DNA from: Bugula neritina
Lineage: Eukaryota; Animalia; Bryozoa
Assembly (NCBI GenBank): GCA_964035545.1
Contig: OZ037769.1
Coordinates: 1 to 64,000 of the forward strand
Length of the DNA: 64,000 nt
Direction: 5' to 3'
Positions 24,901 to 39,465 of this stretch are shown here, in pieces. The notes beneath the pieces were generated by a model that was given only the letters and a program-made list of their open reading frames with translations, made no database searches and was not told where the DNA came from. The translations under genes were made by a program, and so were the position numbers. How positions within the stretch are numbered: the first letter of the stretch is position 1; every line of letters starts with the position of its first letter.

Positions 24901-27845
24901 GTTGAACTCAAGCTAAACCGATATAGCATTTTACTTCTCTGTAAGTTGTTTCACAAGACTCATCGCGTTACTAGATTTCCTACTTATATCATTCATCTGT
25001 ATTATATACATGAGTAGAGAATTTTGATGTTGGTTCAATCATTTAACCAGTTAGAAACTTTAGATATAACATATACTCCTATACAGTATTAACATAGTGT
25101 TGAGTGTCAGTTTGGAGGAAAAAATTCTACAGGTTTCTTCTATAGAATCGTTCACAAATTTGCATTTAATCACAATTCAACAAGTAAACAGTTTCAAACT
25201 TTTCATCAAGTTGCATTTTCAAGAATTACAAATAAAAGTTGCACTGAAGCTAAACCGATATAATAATTTACTTCTCTGTAAGTCGATATGACTTGGATGT
25301 TTTATGTGCCTTAACTTAACCTGATTATACATACATGTGGTGGTTGATGTTTACTTCTATGTCATAATTATATTATTTTACCCCAATCTGCTGAATATTC
25401 CAATTTTGAATGACTAACATTTGGGTGTTAGCTTGGGCCAATTTTGTCAAAGTCTCTCGTACTATGCATTATACAACATACTTATTTTCTATACTGTATT
25501 ATCTAAAAAAACATGTTTCATGCTTTAATTAAATTTTAATGTTTTAAAGTCACTTTTATTGTGAATGTCTGCCTTGATAATTTGACTTGTTGGTTTACCA
25601 TGCAGGTTTTAGAGCTGTAGATTTATACTGTTTTATACTAAACTCATTAGGTTACTAGATTTCCTACTTATATCACACATCTGTATTATACGAGTAGAAA
25701 ATTTTGATGTTGGTTCAATTATTTAACCAGTTGGAAACTTTATATATAATATATACTCCTATACAGTATTAACATAGTGTTGAGGGTTTTCTGAATGCTT
25801 GGAATTTGCTAATAAATTTGTCAATTTGATAGAAAAAATTCTACAGGTGATGTTTCTATTGCTTCCTTTTTTCTATTGTATTTTGAACAAGTTTATTTAC
25901 TATTTTTTGTGTTACAGAATGGGCAGGGGAACAGCAACCTGTACAATTTTTCTCTCTGTGTTATTCTTCTCATCCCTGTAATCCTCATCTGTATCTGTCC
26001 GTGGTATGTTTTATTTCAACTCATTATTTTCTCCAGTCCTTTAATTGTTCTCTGTTGTTATATCATAGCCTCTACTTCTCTTACTATTATTTACCAAATA
26101 TTCAAGTTTGATGTATTTTCAGTATACGTTTAAATTATTGAGAACTATAAGTGTTTAGAAATATGAGATTGCATTAAGTGAAAATTTTCCTCATCCTAAG
26201 AATCATGCTATTTAAAATTATTATTGACAAGTGTTGTTTTATCAGGCAGTGACAGTATACACATATTATAGTAAACCTAATGCTATACAAATTGTCTAGT
26301 AATTCATGACCATGACCTGCCCCAACACATGTGAACAAGTATTTCAATGTTTACCTGCAAACAGTAGTCAGAGTTGGGAGTAAGCAAGTGCATGCACAGC
26401 CCTGGCCTCTTTCTTTAGGTCCCTAACTTCATGCTAATATCTAGTTGCATTCAATGACAGAAATTAGTGATTTCATGGTGAATGGTTGGAAGGATGATAA
26501 AGCTCCATAAAAATTTCAAAAGTCAAATTCCAAGTTGCAACACTCATTTTCATCATTCACCTGAATAGCTTCTAGAACAAGCAGTTTCTTGAGCTCACCT
26601 GTTCAATTTCTTTATGTCTCTTTGTGTCGTGAATTTGTGTTTCTTTTCTTAATGGTTAATGTAGCATAGTGATATCTTTTCCTATTTTTCTTGCCCTAAA
26701 CATGATTGATAATGCTGCTTAAAAAAGACAAATTTTTAAAAGTATTTGATTGCTACATCTCTGTTTTCCCTTCATTATATTCTGAAACTTGAAGCCTCAT
26801 AGAGTCTTAGGCACCAAAGTTATTATTGCTCTTTTTGCTGCATACAGATTGCACTGAATTGGTAACACCATTGGAAGTGAGTCATGAGATGTAGCGCATG
26901 CCCCAATAATCACGTGATCAGTTACAGACGACTGAGCAGTGATTGGTTACGGATGACGGAGCACGTCTGCTGCACTGTCATTGTAGTAAATTGCTCTTCA
27001 TAGTGAATGGTCGTGCAACTGCATGAAACTGTTTGGTCATCTTACCAAGGTAAACCTTTGTTTAGCATGCCATTTAATAACTTTTTATCAACAGTATCTT
27101 TTAGTTTACTGATTGTTGATCTGTATTTATTCATAGGCTTGGATTTCACATTGATTATTTTATTTAATTGATAGACTGCTACCCATTTCTAGTCAATTTG
27201 ATACTGCAGTCATTTGAGTAAATGCAACTGCAAGGCTTATAATTATAGTTGTAATAAATTTCAATTTAGCTTTGCTTCAAATTGGCTTGACTTTGACGTA
27301 ACTTTTACCCTGTTCTACTCTGGTCTGTTGAACTGAACTACAAAATCAATACTAAGAATAATAGTATAATTGAAATCAAATATTTTAATGCTTTTCTGAC
27401 TATAATAATGTTCAACTTATGCTGAATGATTTATTTTGTTTGACTTTATTTCAGTTACATACTCATCATGGTCATAATCATGGTTCGAAATTGAAAAGTT
27501 TAAGTGGAATAAATTCAGTTTAAACTGCTGTAACTATAAAAAACAAGTTATATTTCTTGTTCAAAGAAGTTTCTTTCCTGGTTCTGTAGACTATGTTGAT
27601 TCTATCATGATACAATTTTCAATACTCTAGATTTTAGGACCTATGAGATGTCTCATATATATCTGTCATCATTTATTCAACAATTTTAATTTATCAAATG
27701 TGTTTTGTTTTTTAGAATCACTCCGTGCAGCTCAGATATTCACACATTAGAGAACATATGGTTTTCACCAGGAAGATAGGACCTAGCCAACTGTGGTCAA
27801 TTCTGAGAGCCCCATCTTGGTTATAATTAGGTATTTATTATTTAC
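15921..27845 (+). repeat. Recent near-perfect tandem duplication, period 6036 bp (15921-21809 = 21957-27845)
   Basis: Sequence is identical at offset 6036 wherever checked. ORF-track pairs 18775/24811, 19061/25097, 19763/25799 and 19840/25876 are identical. Confidence 0.93.
18020..18210 (+). repeat. Degenerate 37-bp minisatellite (GTAGTTGTCTTCTC...), ~5 copies; also 24056-24246 and a shorter version at ~12800-12885
   Basis: The GTAGTTGTCT/GAAGTTGTCT motif recurs at 18051, 18088, 18125, 18162 and 18199. Confidence 0.8.
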
Positions 27846-28610
27846 GATAATTTTCTCTGTTTTCAATTTTACCAATTTTAAATGATGTTAGGCAACTCAT
27901 TATTTTGTACTTCTTGTATTCTAATGTGCATAATTCTTGTTTATCTATTTCAGTTTGAAGTAGTAAAAATGTTATCTTTTATTCATAATTTTAGTCTTGT
28001 TAACTCCAAGTCCTGTGGAATTGTTCAAGTTAATCACTTGTAGTCTTTAGACTAGAATCCCAGCTCGATCTGCAAACATTTACTATTAGCAAATTAAAAT
28101 GAAATGTTTTATATATCAAGGTATTTTAGAATATTTATTGTCTGTTTTGTAGTTGTGTTTAACCACATGCAGATAGAAGTCACCTTGCCATCAAGACCAG
28201 TTTTATATCCATGAGATGCTCACAAGCCGACATGTAGAAGTTGTCTTCTCTCTGTGTTTGATTCAACGAAACTTTTCATCCGTTCAGGTGTGTGTTTAAA
28301 TGAATTGCTTACTGCAACATTACTAACTCTTCCTTTCATTAAGTTAAAGTTGTCTAACCTTTACTACCAACCCTAGGAATTAGTAAAACTTCCAGTGCTA
28401 GGCAGTTAGGTGAACTCAGTTGACCTATATCTGCTCCTATTAGCTATTAAATCCACTGTTGATTAACACTACCGTAACACATAGCTGCTTTTCTGTCGTT
28501 TTATTTTGTTTTAAAAGTTGTAGCTGTTAATTTCATTCAAAAATTGCCAAACATGTTTCTAATAAAAGTTAAAACAGCCTATTGTAAAAGCTCTTGTCAG
28601 CCTCAGCCCT

Positions 28611-29327
28611 GAGATGATCGATATGAGAGTGGCAATTTTAGGGCGTTGTCAACCATTATGCTACTTATTGGTAGGAGGTGTGGCTCATATTACTGTATGT
28701 TTACAGAGGGTAGTTGCGGATGATTTCACCCAGTTTTTGGCCCTTTGTTACATGTTTTCCCTAAAGATTTATAATAAAAATTATAAATGAATTGTTTAAT
28801 TGAACAAATTTTATTTAATTATCAACATAAACTTGAATTAATTGTAGTTTCAATGATGGACACTTTTTATTCTGTGCATCTTACTGGCACTGAACATGGT
28901 TGTATTTCATGAGCCTAATTTATAGTGTTTTATATGTTTTAGCTCAATGAACAAGTTTAAGAACTTTTAAAAAATTTCCAAAAACAAAAACAAATAATAT
29001 TTAAAACACTCAATGAATTATTTAATGATTGTTTTTATGATTAAAAGGGTGTGAACTTAGTATTAAATAAAACTTTCAAACTAGTTCAAATAATAATAAT
29101 AATAATTTCTAATAATTAAAGTGAATAACTTTGGGCTTTATATTGTCATGCATAATTATTAGTGAGCAAGTTTTAAAATTGTTTTTAATTTTATATGCAT
29201 AAAGAATGTGTTTAAAAACTATAACAATAAATGAGACTAAAAATTGTACACATGAAATACAAATAATAATAAAATAAAAAGGTGTCAAAATTTTCCCTTT
29301 TCAACTTATATAAACTTTTCAGTTTCA
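28611..29327. mobile_element. ~720-bp foreign segment replacing part of array unit 3 (unclassified insertion)
   Basis: Unit homology stops after AAAAGCTCTTGTCAGCCTCAGCCCT and resumes at GTCAGCTGGATG. The interior is A-rich, unlike the T-rich array. No convincing TIR or TSD. Confidence 0.4.
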
Positions 29328-30851
29328 GTCAGCTGGATGTTGCAGTTTTGAATTATTAGCAAATGAGTGTTAACTGTGGCACAGCGTAATTCTGTCAGTC
29401 TCTCGTACTATGCATTATACAATGTACTTATTTTTTATATTCTCTAAAACTGGTGTTTCATGCTTCAACTAAATTTTGTTGTTTTACCATATTATTCATT
29501 ATGTTATTAGATTTCCTACTTATATTATACATCTGTATTATATGAGTATAGAATTTTGATGTTGGTTTGATCATATAACCAGTTGAAAACTTTAGATATA
29601 ATATATACTCCTATACAGTGTTAACATAGTGTTGAGTGTTTTCTGAATGCTTGGAATCTACTAATAAATTTGTCAGTTTGGGGGAAAAAGTGCTACAGGT
29701 CATGTTTCTATTGCCATAACTCATGCTTCCTTTTTTTCTATTGTATTTTGAACAAGTTTATTTACTATTTTTTTGTTTCACAGGATGTGTATAGAGGAGC
29801 AGCAACCTGTATTCTTTTTCTCTCTGTTATTCTCCCCATCCCTGTAAGCCTCATTTTTATGTATGTATGGTATGTATTATTTCAACTCATTATTTTCTAA
29901 AATTACCTTATCTCAAATTTCTGCTATTTGAAATAATACCCATGCAAGTTATTTTATCAGGCAGTGACAGTACACACATTTTGTAATAAACTTAATGCTA
30001 TACAAATTGTCTATAGTAATTCATGACTGTGACCTCCCCCAACTCATTTCAAACAACTAGTTGAATTTTTACCCACAACCAGTAGTCAGAATTGGGAGTA
30101 AGCAAATGCATGCACAACCCTGGCCTCTTTCTTTAGTTCCCTAACCTTATGCTAATATCTAGTTGCATTCAATAACAGAAATTAGTGGTTTAATGGCGAG
30201 TGGGTCGAAGGATGATGAAGCTTCATAAAAATTTCAAAAGTTAAATTCCACGTTGCAACACTCATTTTCATCATTCACCTGAATAGCTTCTAGAGCAAGC
30301 AGTTTCTTGAGCTCACCTGTTCAATTTCTTTATGTCTCTTTGTGTCATTAATTTGTGTTTCTTTTCTTTATGGTTAATTTAGCTTATTTCTTCTTTATTT
30401 TGCCCTAAACATGATTGATAATGCTGCTTAAAGAGGACACATTTTTTAAAAGTATCTGATTGCTACATCTCTGTTTTCCCTTCATTAGATTCTGAAACTG
30501 GTCCAGCAACTGAAACTGCTTGGTCATGGCACCAATAAGGTAATTCTCTATTCAATTCTTTATTTATAATAGCTTTTTACTAACATTTTCTTTAGTAAAC
30601 TGTAGATCTGTATTCATTCATTCTCGGAATTCACGTTGAGTTTTTTACTTAATTGATAAACTGCTCCTCATTTCTTGTCAATGCAATTCTGCAGTCAATT
30701 GAGTAAATGCAGCTGCAAGGCTTATATAATGAATTTCAATTTAGCTTGGCTTTAAATTGGCTTGATTTCAAAATAACTTCTACCCTGTTCTTCTCTGGTT
30801 TGTTGAACTAAACTACAAAATCGATACTAAGAATAACAATCTTAGTATAAT

Positions 30852-31451
30852 ACTACAATTAGTGAGCTATACATTTTAGCACCCTAGCTGTTACTTCTTT
30901 TAGTTTCATGTAAGGTTTTCTAGCTAATAGTTGATGCAGTGAGTCAGTGCTCATTTCTTTAGTTTATTGAAAATTTATCCTTTGGGATAATTTCTTGTCT
31001 AAGCATAATATTGGTGCTGCTGTACCACTAATTATATAATATGCCAAGCCATTTTTGCTGACATCATATTTTATTTTTATTTCAGCATTTAAAGTTTTTT
31101 TTTCATTTTCATTCTATAAATTTTTCATTTTACAATAAACCTGTCTTCAGCTTGATTTTATCTGCTTGCCTCAATTAATTGTTATCCACACTGAAGGGAT
31201 GGTTAATTTATATATTAATATAATGCTGTTTTAATAATTACGGTATTTTGTTGTGATACATGATCATTAGACATAATTTTTGTGATTCTATATCAAGCCC
31301 TCTGCAGGAGTATTAAACTTCGCACAAATATTTACACTAACATTTTACAATGACCTTTCTGTAATAGTGCGGCTGTTACTTTGCTCACCACATGTACAAG
31401 CTTATGATTTTAATTCATTGATTTGCTACCCTGTACTGTATGGCTCATAAT
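30852..31451. mobile_element. ~600-bp MITE-like insertion (second copy ~35302-35903)
   Basis: Absent from units 1-3, where the empty site reads GTATAATTGAAATC. Flanked by an ATAAT direct repeat, with inverted ends TGAGCTATACA / TGTATGGCTCA. Confidence 0.5.
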
Positions 31452-34400
31452 TGAAATCAAATTTTCTTTTCAAAATAGCCATAACTGTGCAATACGTTCT
31501 AACTCCTACTCAATAATTCAATTTGTTTGACTTTATTTCAGTTACATACTCATATTATTATAGTCATAATCATTCCTTGAAATTAAAAAGTGGAATATTC
31601 AGTTTACGTTGATTCAACTGAAAAAGTTTCTGATTAAAGGAAATGTCTTTCCTGGTTCTGTAGACTAAGTTGATTTTATCATGATACAAATTTCCCATAC
31701 TCTAGATTTCACAGTCTATAATTTGTCTCATACATGTCTGTCATCATTTATTCAACAACTTTAATTTGTCAAATGTGTTTATTTTTTTAGAATGTCTCCG
31801 AGCAGCTCAGATATTCACACATTAGAGAACATATGGTCTACACCAGGAAGATAGGATCTAGTCAACTGTGGTCAGTTCTGAGGGCCCCATCTTGGTTTTA
31901 ATTAGGTATTTATTATTTACAATAATTTTCTCTGTGGTTTCAATTTTACTAGTTTTACAAGATGTATTGGAAGAATCATCTTGTGCTTCTTGTATTCTTC
32001 TTGATAACTGATGTCCATAATTCATGTATATCTATTTCTGTTTGAACTGGTAGTAAAAATGTTATGGTTTATTTATTATTTTAGTCTTGTTAACTCCAAG
32101 TCTTGTGAATTTGTTCAAGTTAATCACTTGTAGTCAGTAGACTAGTATCTCAGCTCTGCAAACATTTACTGTATTAGCAAATTAAAATAAAATGTTTTAT
32201 ATATTAAGGTAGTTTAGAATATTTATTGTCTGTTTTGTAGTTGTGTTTAACCACATGCAGATAAAAGTTCTCTTGCTATCAAGACTGGTTTTATATCCAT
32301 GAGATTCTCACAAGCCGACATGTAGAAGTTGTCTTCTCTCTGTGTTTGATTCATCAAAACCTTCCATAGGTTCAGGTTTGTGTCTAAATTAATTTTTTAT
32401 TGTAAAAATATTTACTCTTTCCCTGTGTTATGTGCTATTAGATTTTAGCATTCATAAAGCTACTACCAGTGCATGGCAATGAGGTGAACTCAGTTGACCC
32501 ATATCTGCTCCTTAGTAGTTTTATTCTAGCTCCTAGGGGATAGCTACTCTCGTAAATGATGTTAGATTCAGCTTTTTCTACCTTCCCTTCAACAAAGTTT
32601 GATTTAAGATGAGCATAACAAGCGTTACTACTCAAATAGTGAAGCATGTGCTTTTGATCAAAGTGGCAATATAATTGTATAAAGTGTAGAATATATAACT
32701 TTGTAAAGTTGTGCACATAGAACTGTATAGAGTGATGATTAAAATGCAACTGTGTGAGTTGGTTACATAAAATATTTATTCTATATGTCCTGTTAGCTAT
32801 GAACTCCACTCTTGATTAATTTTACCGTAACACTTGGCTGTTTTTCTGTCGTTTTATTTAGCTTTAAAAGTTATAGCTGTTTATTTCGTTCAAGAATTTC
32901 CATACGTGTTTCTAATGAAAGTTAAAACAGCCTATTGTAAAAGCTCTTGCCAACTTTACCCTAGCTCCATACAAAATTTGACTGGAGAGAGAAAAAATCA
33001 GCACATGGTTGGGAATTTTATTTTTAAGATTTTACTTTCCTGTTAATAAAATCATTGCCTTCATTGAACACCATCAATAAGTAATTCATTTGATTTTGGA
33101 CCTTGTAAATACTACCAAACCTCATTCCATCTAAATGAGCACTCTTCAATCATATTTGTTATTTTGTCAATTTATTGCTGTGTGAAAACCGGCATTGAAA
33201 AATATAAGTTTACATAGTGCTATGTTTGCTTGTGGTAAGAATACCAAGTCAGGCTTTCGTTTTTTGATTTTTGGTTATGGCTCTTCTACAAATCATTTTT
33301 TTGAATTTATTAAGTATTACACTCTTCTGTACATCTATACAATAATAAAAATAGGATTTCCCCCCCCTAGTTCTCCATGTTTACTTTTGTTTGCTTTCTT
33401 TAATATTTTTTTATAAAATAAGTTATATTTAGTATTTTATTTCATTGTTTTTTATGATATGCAATACCACATAATCATAGACTACTTTATTATTACAGTA
33501 ACTGGTGTGATGGTCACATGGTCAGCTACTAGACAACCAACCAATTGGGTATAAAGTTGGACAAAGTCATTCTAGATTATTCTTGGCATGTGTGAGCTGT
33601 AAGAGCTGTAATTCTGTCAGTCTCTCGTACTATGCATTATACAATGTACTTATTTTTTATATTCTCTAAAACTGGTGTTTCATGCTTCAACTAAATTTTG
33701 TTGTTTTACCATATTATTCATTATGTTATTAGATTTCCTACTTATATTATACATCTGTATTATATGAGTATAGAATTTTGATGTTGGTTTGATCATTAAC
33801 CAGTTGAAAACTTTAGATATAATATATACTCCTACAGTGTTAACATAGTGTTGCGTCTTTTCTTAATGCTTGGAATCTACTAATAAATTTGTCAGTTTGG
33901 GGGAAAAAGTGCTACAGGTTATGTTTCTATTGCCATAACTTATGCTTCCTTTTTTTCTATTGTATTTTGAACAAGTTTATTTACTATTTTCTGTTTCACA
34001 GGATGTGTATAGAGGAACAGCAACCTGTATTCTTTTTCTCTCTGTTATTCTTCCCATCCCTGTAAGTCTCATCTTTATGTATGTATGGTATGTATTATTT
34101 CAACTCATTATTTTCTAAAATTACCTTATCTCAATTTTCTGCTATTTGAAATTGATACACATGCAAGTTATTTTATCAGACAGTGACAGTACACACATTT
34201 TATAATAAACTTAATGCTATACAAATTGTCTATAGAAATTCATGACTGTGACCTGCCTCAACTCATTTCAAACAAGTATTTGAATTTTTACCCACAACCA
34301 GTAGTCAGAATTGGGAGTAAGCAAATGCATGCACAGCCCTGGCCTCTTTCTTTAGGTCCCTAACCTCATGCTAATATCTAGTTGCATTCAATAGCAGAAA

Positions 34401-34813
34401 TTAGTGATTTAATGGTGAGTGGGTAGAAGGATGATAAAGCTTCATAAAAATTCCAAAAGTCAAATTCCAAGTTGCAACATTCATTTTCATTATTCACCTG
34501 AATAGCTTCTAGAGCAAGCAGTTTCTGTAGCTCACCTGTTCAATTTCTTCATGTGTCTTTGTGTCATTAATTTGTGTTTCTTTTCTTTATGGTTAATTTA
34601 GCTTATTTCTTCTTTATTTTGCCCTGAACATGATTGATAATGCTGCTTAAAGAGGACCCATTTTTTAAAAGTATCTGATTGCTACATCTCTGCTTTCCCT
34701 TCATTAGATTCTGAAACTGGTCCAGCAACTGAAACTGCTTGGTCATGGCACCAATAAGGTAATTCTCTATTCAATACTTTATTTATAATAGCTTTTTACT
34801 AACATTTTCTTTA

Positions 34814-35156
34814 GCCTAGGGCCACACTGTGCGCATTTTCGCATGCGAGCATTAAAACCACAAGTAGCAAAGGTGTCCACTGTATGCGTTGAGAAAACAT
34901 TCGCACTTGTCGCTCAGCATTCTGAACGCAAGTGGAATCGTCTCTGTCGTGGTCACCTAATTGGCTGGTAGCTATTCAGCGAGCCCAATTCTTTTATTTT
35001 AGTGCTACATTCCAGTAAATTGCGTTTTATTAAAAGCGAGTGCGATTTAAAAATGAAAGCTTTGTTTATCACGCATCACTGACACTACAGTGGACACCTT
35101 TGCTACTTGTGATTTCAATTTTCGCATGCGAAAATACGCACAGTGTGGCCCTAGGC
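34814..35156. mobile_element. 343-bp MITE, PIF/Harbinger (Tourist-like)
   Basis: ~70-bp TIRs (GCCTAGGGCCACACTGTGCG(C/T)ATTTTCGCATGCGA...CACAAGTAGCAAAGGTGTCCACTGTA) with TTA on both flanks (34811-34813, 35157-35159). Absent from the sister unit at ~30594. Confidence 0.9.
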
Positions 35157-36968
35157 TTAATGCAGCTGCAAGGCTTATATAATGAATTTCAATTTAGCTT
35201 GGCTTTAAATTGGCTTGATTTCAACATAACTTTTACACTGTTCTCTGGTTTGTTGAACTAAACTACAAAATCGATACTAAGAATAACAATCTTAGTATAA
35301 TGCTACAAATAGTGAGCTATACATTTTAGCACCCTAGCTGTTACTTCTTTTAGTTTCATGTAAGGTTTTCTAGTTAATAGTTGATGCAGTGAGTCAGTGC
35401 TCATTTCTTTAGTTTGTTGAAAATTTATCCTTTGGGATAATTTCTTGTCTATAAGCATAATATTGGTGCTGCTGTACCACTAATTATATAATATGCCAAG
35501 CCATTTTTGCTGGTATCATATTTTGATTTTATTTCAGCATTTAAAGTTTTTTTTTCTTTTTCATTCTATAAATTTTTCATTTTACAATAGACCTGTCTTC
35601 AGCTTGATTTTATCTGCTTGCCTTGATTTATTGTTATCCACACTGAAGGGATGGTTAATTTATCTATTAATATAATGCCATTTTAATAATTACGGTATTT
35701 TGTTGTGATATATGATCATTAGACATAATTTTTGTGATTCTATATCAAGCCCTCTGCAGGAGTATTAAACTTCACACAAATATTTACACTAACATTTTAC
35801 AATGACCTTTCTGTAATAGTGCGGCTGTTGCTTTGCTCACCACATGTACAAGCTTATGATTTTAATTCATTGATTTGCTACTCTGTACTGTATGGCTCAT
35901 AATTGAAATCAAATTTTCTTTTCAAAATAGCCATAACTGTGCAATAAATTTTAACTCCTACCCAATAATTCAATTTGTTTGACTTTATTTCAGTTACATA
36001 CTCATTATAGTCATAATCATTCCTTGAAATTGAAAAGTGGAATATTCAGTTTGGGCTGCTGTAACTATAAAAGCAAGTTATGTTCCTGATTCAAAGAAGT
36101 TTCTTTCCTGGTTCTGTAGACTATGTTAATTTTATCATGATACAAATTTCCAATACTCTAGAGTTCACAGTCTGTAATTTGTCTCATACATGTCTGTCAT
36201 CATTTATTCAACAATTTCAATTTATCAAATGTGCATGTTCTGTTTTTTAGAATGTCTCCGAGCAGCTCAGATATTTACACATTACAGGACATTTGGTCTA
36301 CACCAGGAAGATGGGACCTAGCCAACTGTGGTCAGTTCTGAGAGCCCCCTCTTGGTTATATTTAGGTATTTATTATTTACAATAATTTTCTCTGTGTTTT
36401 CAATTTTACCAGTTTTACATTATGTTAGGAAAATCATTATCTTGTGCTTCTTGTATTCTTCTTGATAACTGATGTCCATAATTCATGTATATCTATTTCT
36501 GTTTGAAGTAGTAAAAATGTTATGGTTTATTTATTATTTTTGTCTTTTTAATTCCTAGTCTTGTGAATTTGTTCAAGTTAATCACTTGTAGTCATTAGAC
36601 TAGTATCTCAGCTCTGCAAACATTCACTATTAGAAAATTAAAATAAAATGTTTTATATATTAAGGTATTTTAGAATATTTATTGTCTGTTTTGTAGTCGT
36701 GTTTGACCACATGCAGATAGAAGTTACATTGATATCAAGACCAGTTTTATATCTGTGAGATGCTCATAAGCCGACATGTAGAAGTTGTCTTCTCTCTGTG
36801 TTTGATTCATCAAAACCTTCCATTGGTTCAGGTTTGTGTCTAAATGAATTGTTTATTGTAAAAATATTTACTCTTTCCCTGTGTTATGTGCTATTAGATT
36901 TTAGCATTTATAAAGCTACTACCAGTGCATGGCAATGAGGTGAACTCAGTTGACCCATATCTGCTCCT

Positions 36969-37239
36969 TAGTACTTTTATTCTAGCTCCTAGGGGATAGC
37001 TACTCTCGTAAATGATGTTAGATTCAGCTTTTTCTACCTTCCCTTCGACAAAGTTTGATTTAAGATGAGCATAACAAGCGTTACTACTCAAATAGTGAAG
37101 CATGTGCTTTTGATCAAAGTGGCAATATAATTGTATAAGGTGTAGAATATATAACTTTGTAAAGTTGTGCACATGGAATTATATAGAGTGATGATTAAAA
37201 TGCAACTTTAGGAGCGTGACACATAAAATATTCATACTA
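36969..37239. mobile_element. ~270-bp MITE-like insertion (sister copy ~32512-32785)
   Basis: Interrupts CTGCTCCT|ATTAGCTATG of units 1-2. Imperfect inverted ends: TAGTACTTTTATTCTAGCTCCTAG vs TTAGGAGC...ATAAAATATTCATACTA. Confidence 0.55.
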
Positions 37240-38092
37240 TATGTCCTGTTAGCTATGAACTCCACTGTTGATTAATTCTACCGCAACACTTGGCTGTTTT
37301 TCTGTCGTTATATTTAGCTTTAAAAGTTATAGCTGTTTATTTCATTCAAGAATTGCCATATGTGTTTCTAATGAAAGTTAAAACAGCCTATTGTAATAGC
37401 TCTTGCCAACCTTACCCTAGCTCCATACAAAACTTGACTGAAGAGATGAAAAATCAGCACATGATTGGGATTTTATTTTAGGATTTTACTTTCATGTTAA
37501 GACAATCATTGCATTCATTGAAAACCATCAATAAGTAATTCATTTGATTTTGAAGCATGTAAATGCTACCAAACCTCATTCCATCTAAATGAGCACTCTT
37601 CGATCATATTTGTTGTTCTGTCAATTTATTGCTGAATGTGTGAAAACCTCTTATTAAAAAATATAAGTTTACATAGTGCTATGTTTGTTTGTGGTAAGAA
37701 TACGAAATCAGGCTTTCATTTTTGATTTTTGGTTATGGCTCTTTCAACAAATCATTTTTTTGAATTTATTAAGTATGACACTCTTCTGTACATCTATACA
37801 TCAATGAAAATAGGATTCCCCCCCCTGGTTCTCCATTTTTACTTTTGTTTGCTTTCTTCAATAATTTTTTATAAAATAAGTTATATTTAGTATATTTTTA
37901 TTTCATTGTTTTTTTATGATATGCAACACCACATAATTATAGACTGCTTTATTCTTACAGTAACTCATGGTGTGATGGTCACATGGTCATCTACTAGACA
38001 ACCAACCAATTGGGTATAAAGTTGGACAAAGTCATTCTAGATTATTCTTCACATGTGTCAGCTGGATGAGCTATATTGAGGTAATTCCTGTT

Positions 38093-38367
38093 GTTTTTAA
38101 TATATAGAGATATTTATTGTAGCAGTCTAAAAGAAAGTAGCGATGTAAAAGCCTTTACATCATAAGTTGTAAGCGTAGTTGCAGGACGCAAGCTTAAAGA
38201 TAGATGAAAATACTGGGTTGTTATACCAGTCAAAAAAGTCAGCTATTGTTTAGTTGCCGTAATGAGTGTCGGAAAATTGTAATATAGCTTGCATAGCTGT
38301 AATAATTATACATGAAAAGCTATAATGCATTAGGGAAAAGCTTTCCCAACTTATGTAAAGTCCCAAC
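38093..38367. mobile_element. ~275-bp insertion with target-site duplication
   Basis: Flanked by AATTCCTGTT (38083-38092) and AATTCCTATT (38368-38377). The empty site in other units reads GTAATACTTATTAAGTATAAC. Confidence 0.5.
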
Positions 38368-39465
38368 AATTCCTATTAAGTATAACACGAATCCTTGATT
38401 AAACTACTTCTAGAATTATTCGGAAATTTTTAATTAATCACAATTTAACCAGTAAACAGTTTCAAACTTTTTATCGAGTTATATTTTCAAGAATTACAAA
38501 TAAAATTTGACTAAAGTTGAACTGATATACTATTTTGCTTCTCTATAAGTTGGTATGGCCTGGATGTTTTATGCGGTTTATCTTAACCTGATTATACATA
38601 CCCTTGGTGGTTGATGTCTACTTTTATACCCTAATTATATTATTTTACCCCAATCAGCTGAATATTCCAATTTTAAATTACTAGCGAATGGGTTTTACCA
38701 GTAGCAGCCAAATTCTGCCAAAGTCTCACATTTAAACTATATGCCTCTGGTACTATGCATTATATACAATGTTCTTATTCTCTATAGTCTCTAAAACTGG
38801 TTATTGATGCTTCAACTAAATTTTGTTGTTTTTAAAGTCACTTTTATTGCGGGCGTTTGTCTTGATAGTTGTTAGTGTGCCATGCAGAATTTAGAGCTGT
38901 AAATCCTGCTTCACTTTTCATATAATGTATATTGTTGTATCCTATATTATTATGATGCCAGTTATAAAAAATTTTCACCGTTTGTCGAAAGGGGGAAATT
39001 AATAGTAAATATTCATGAAAGGGGGAATATTAGGGAAAGGTTGGTAACTCCTGTGTTATATATTTCTACTGCACTATAAGGGAGAAAATCTGTTGTCCAC
39101 ATTATCTATTCTGCATAACCTGTTCGCTGTTGACATTTGGGCATACTGCTTTTACAGGTACACTGTAAGGCATAAAAATTGTTTGGGCATTACATGAGCA
39201 TGGAAAGCTTTTGTTGAATCATTACAGCTTTAATTGTATTAACATAGCTATGTTAGCTACATTAGGCTATGTTAGCTATATTAGCTACATTTTGTTTTCT
39301 CTGTTGTGTTATTTGCTTGTGTGCAGCTATTTTGGCTATTTCAGAAAAAAGCTGTTTTCTAGACTGATATAAACCCTGCACTTTCAGCTCTCTCTTCATT
39401 CAGTCTTTGGAAATGCACATCTCTCTTCAAGCAACAGGAATTATCTTGAGAGTTGGTTGTTTTAG

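Larger units (their letters stand above)
12400..38910 (+). repeat. Subtelomeric tandem array of ~5 diverged, mosaic 4-6 kb units
   Basis: Landmarks recur in the same order: TTACAG-TAACT..GGTGTGATGGTCAC (~13300, 18590, 24627, 33490, 37955); TTGGGAGTAAGCAA (14313, 20338, 26374, 30092, 34311); GCAGCTCAGATATT (~15668, 21691, 27727, 31802, 36262); CCACATGCAGATA (~16104, 22140, 28163, 32251, 36707). Confidence 0.93.

Noticed and set aside
32438-32809. 123-aa minus-strand ORF (and the 92-aa sister at 36894)
   Set aside because: It spans a MITE-like insertion and its flank, has no recognisable domain, and its start is not conserved between copies.
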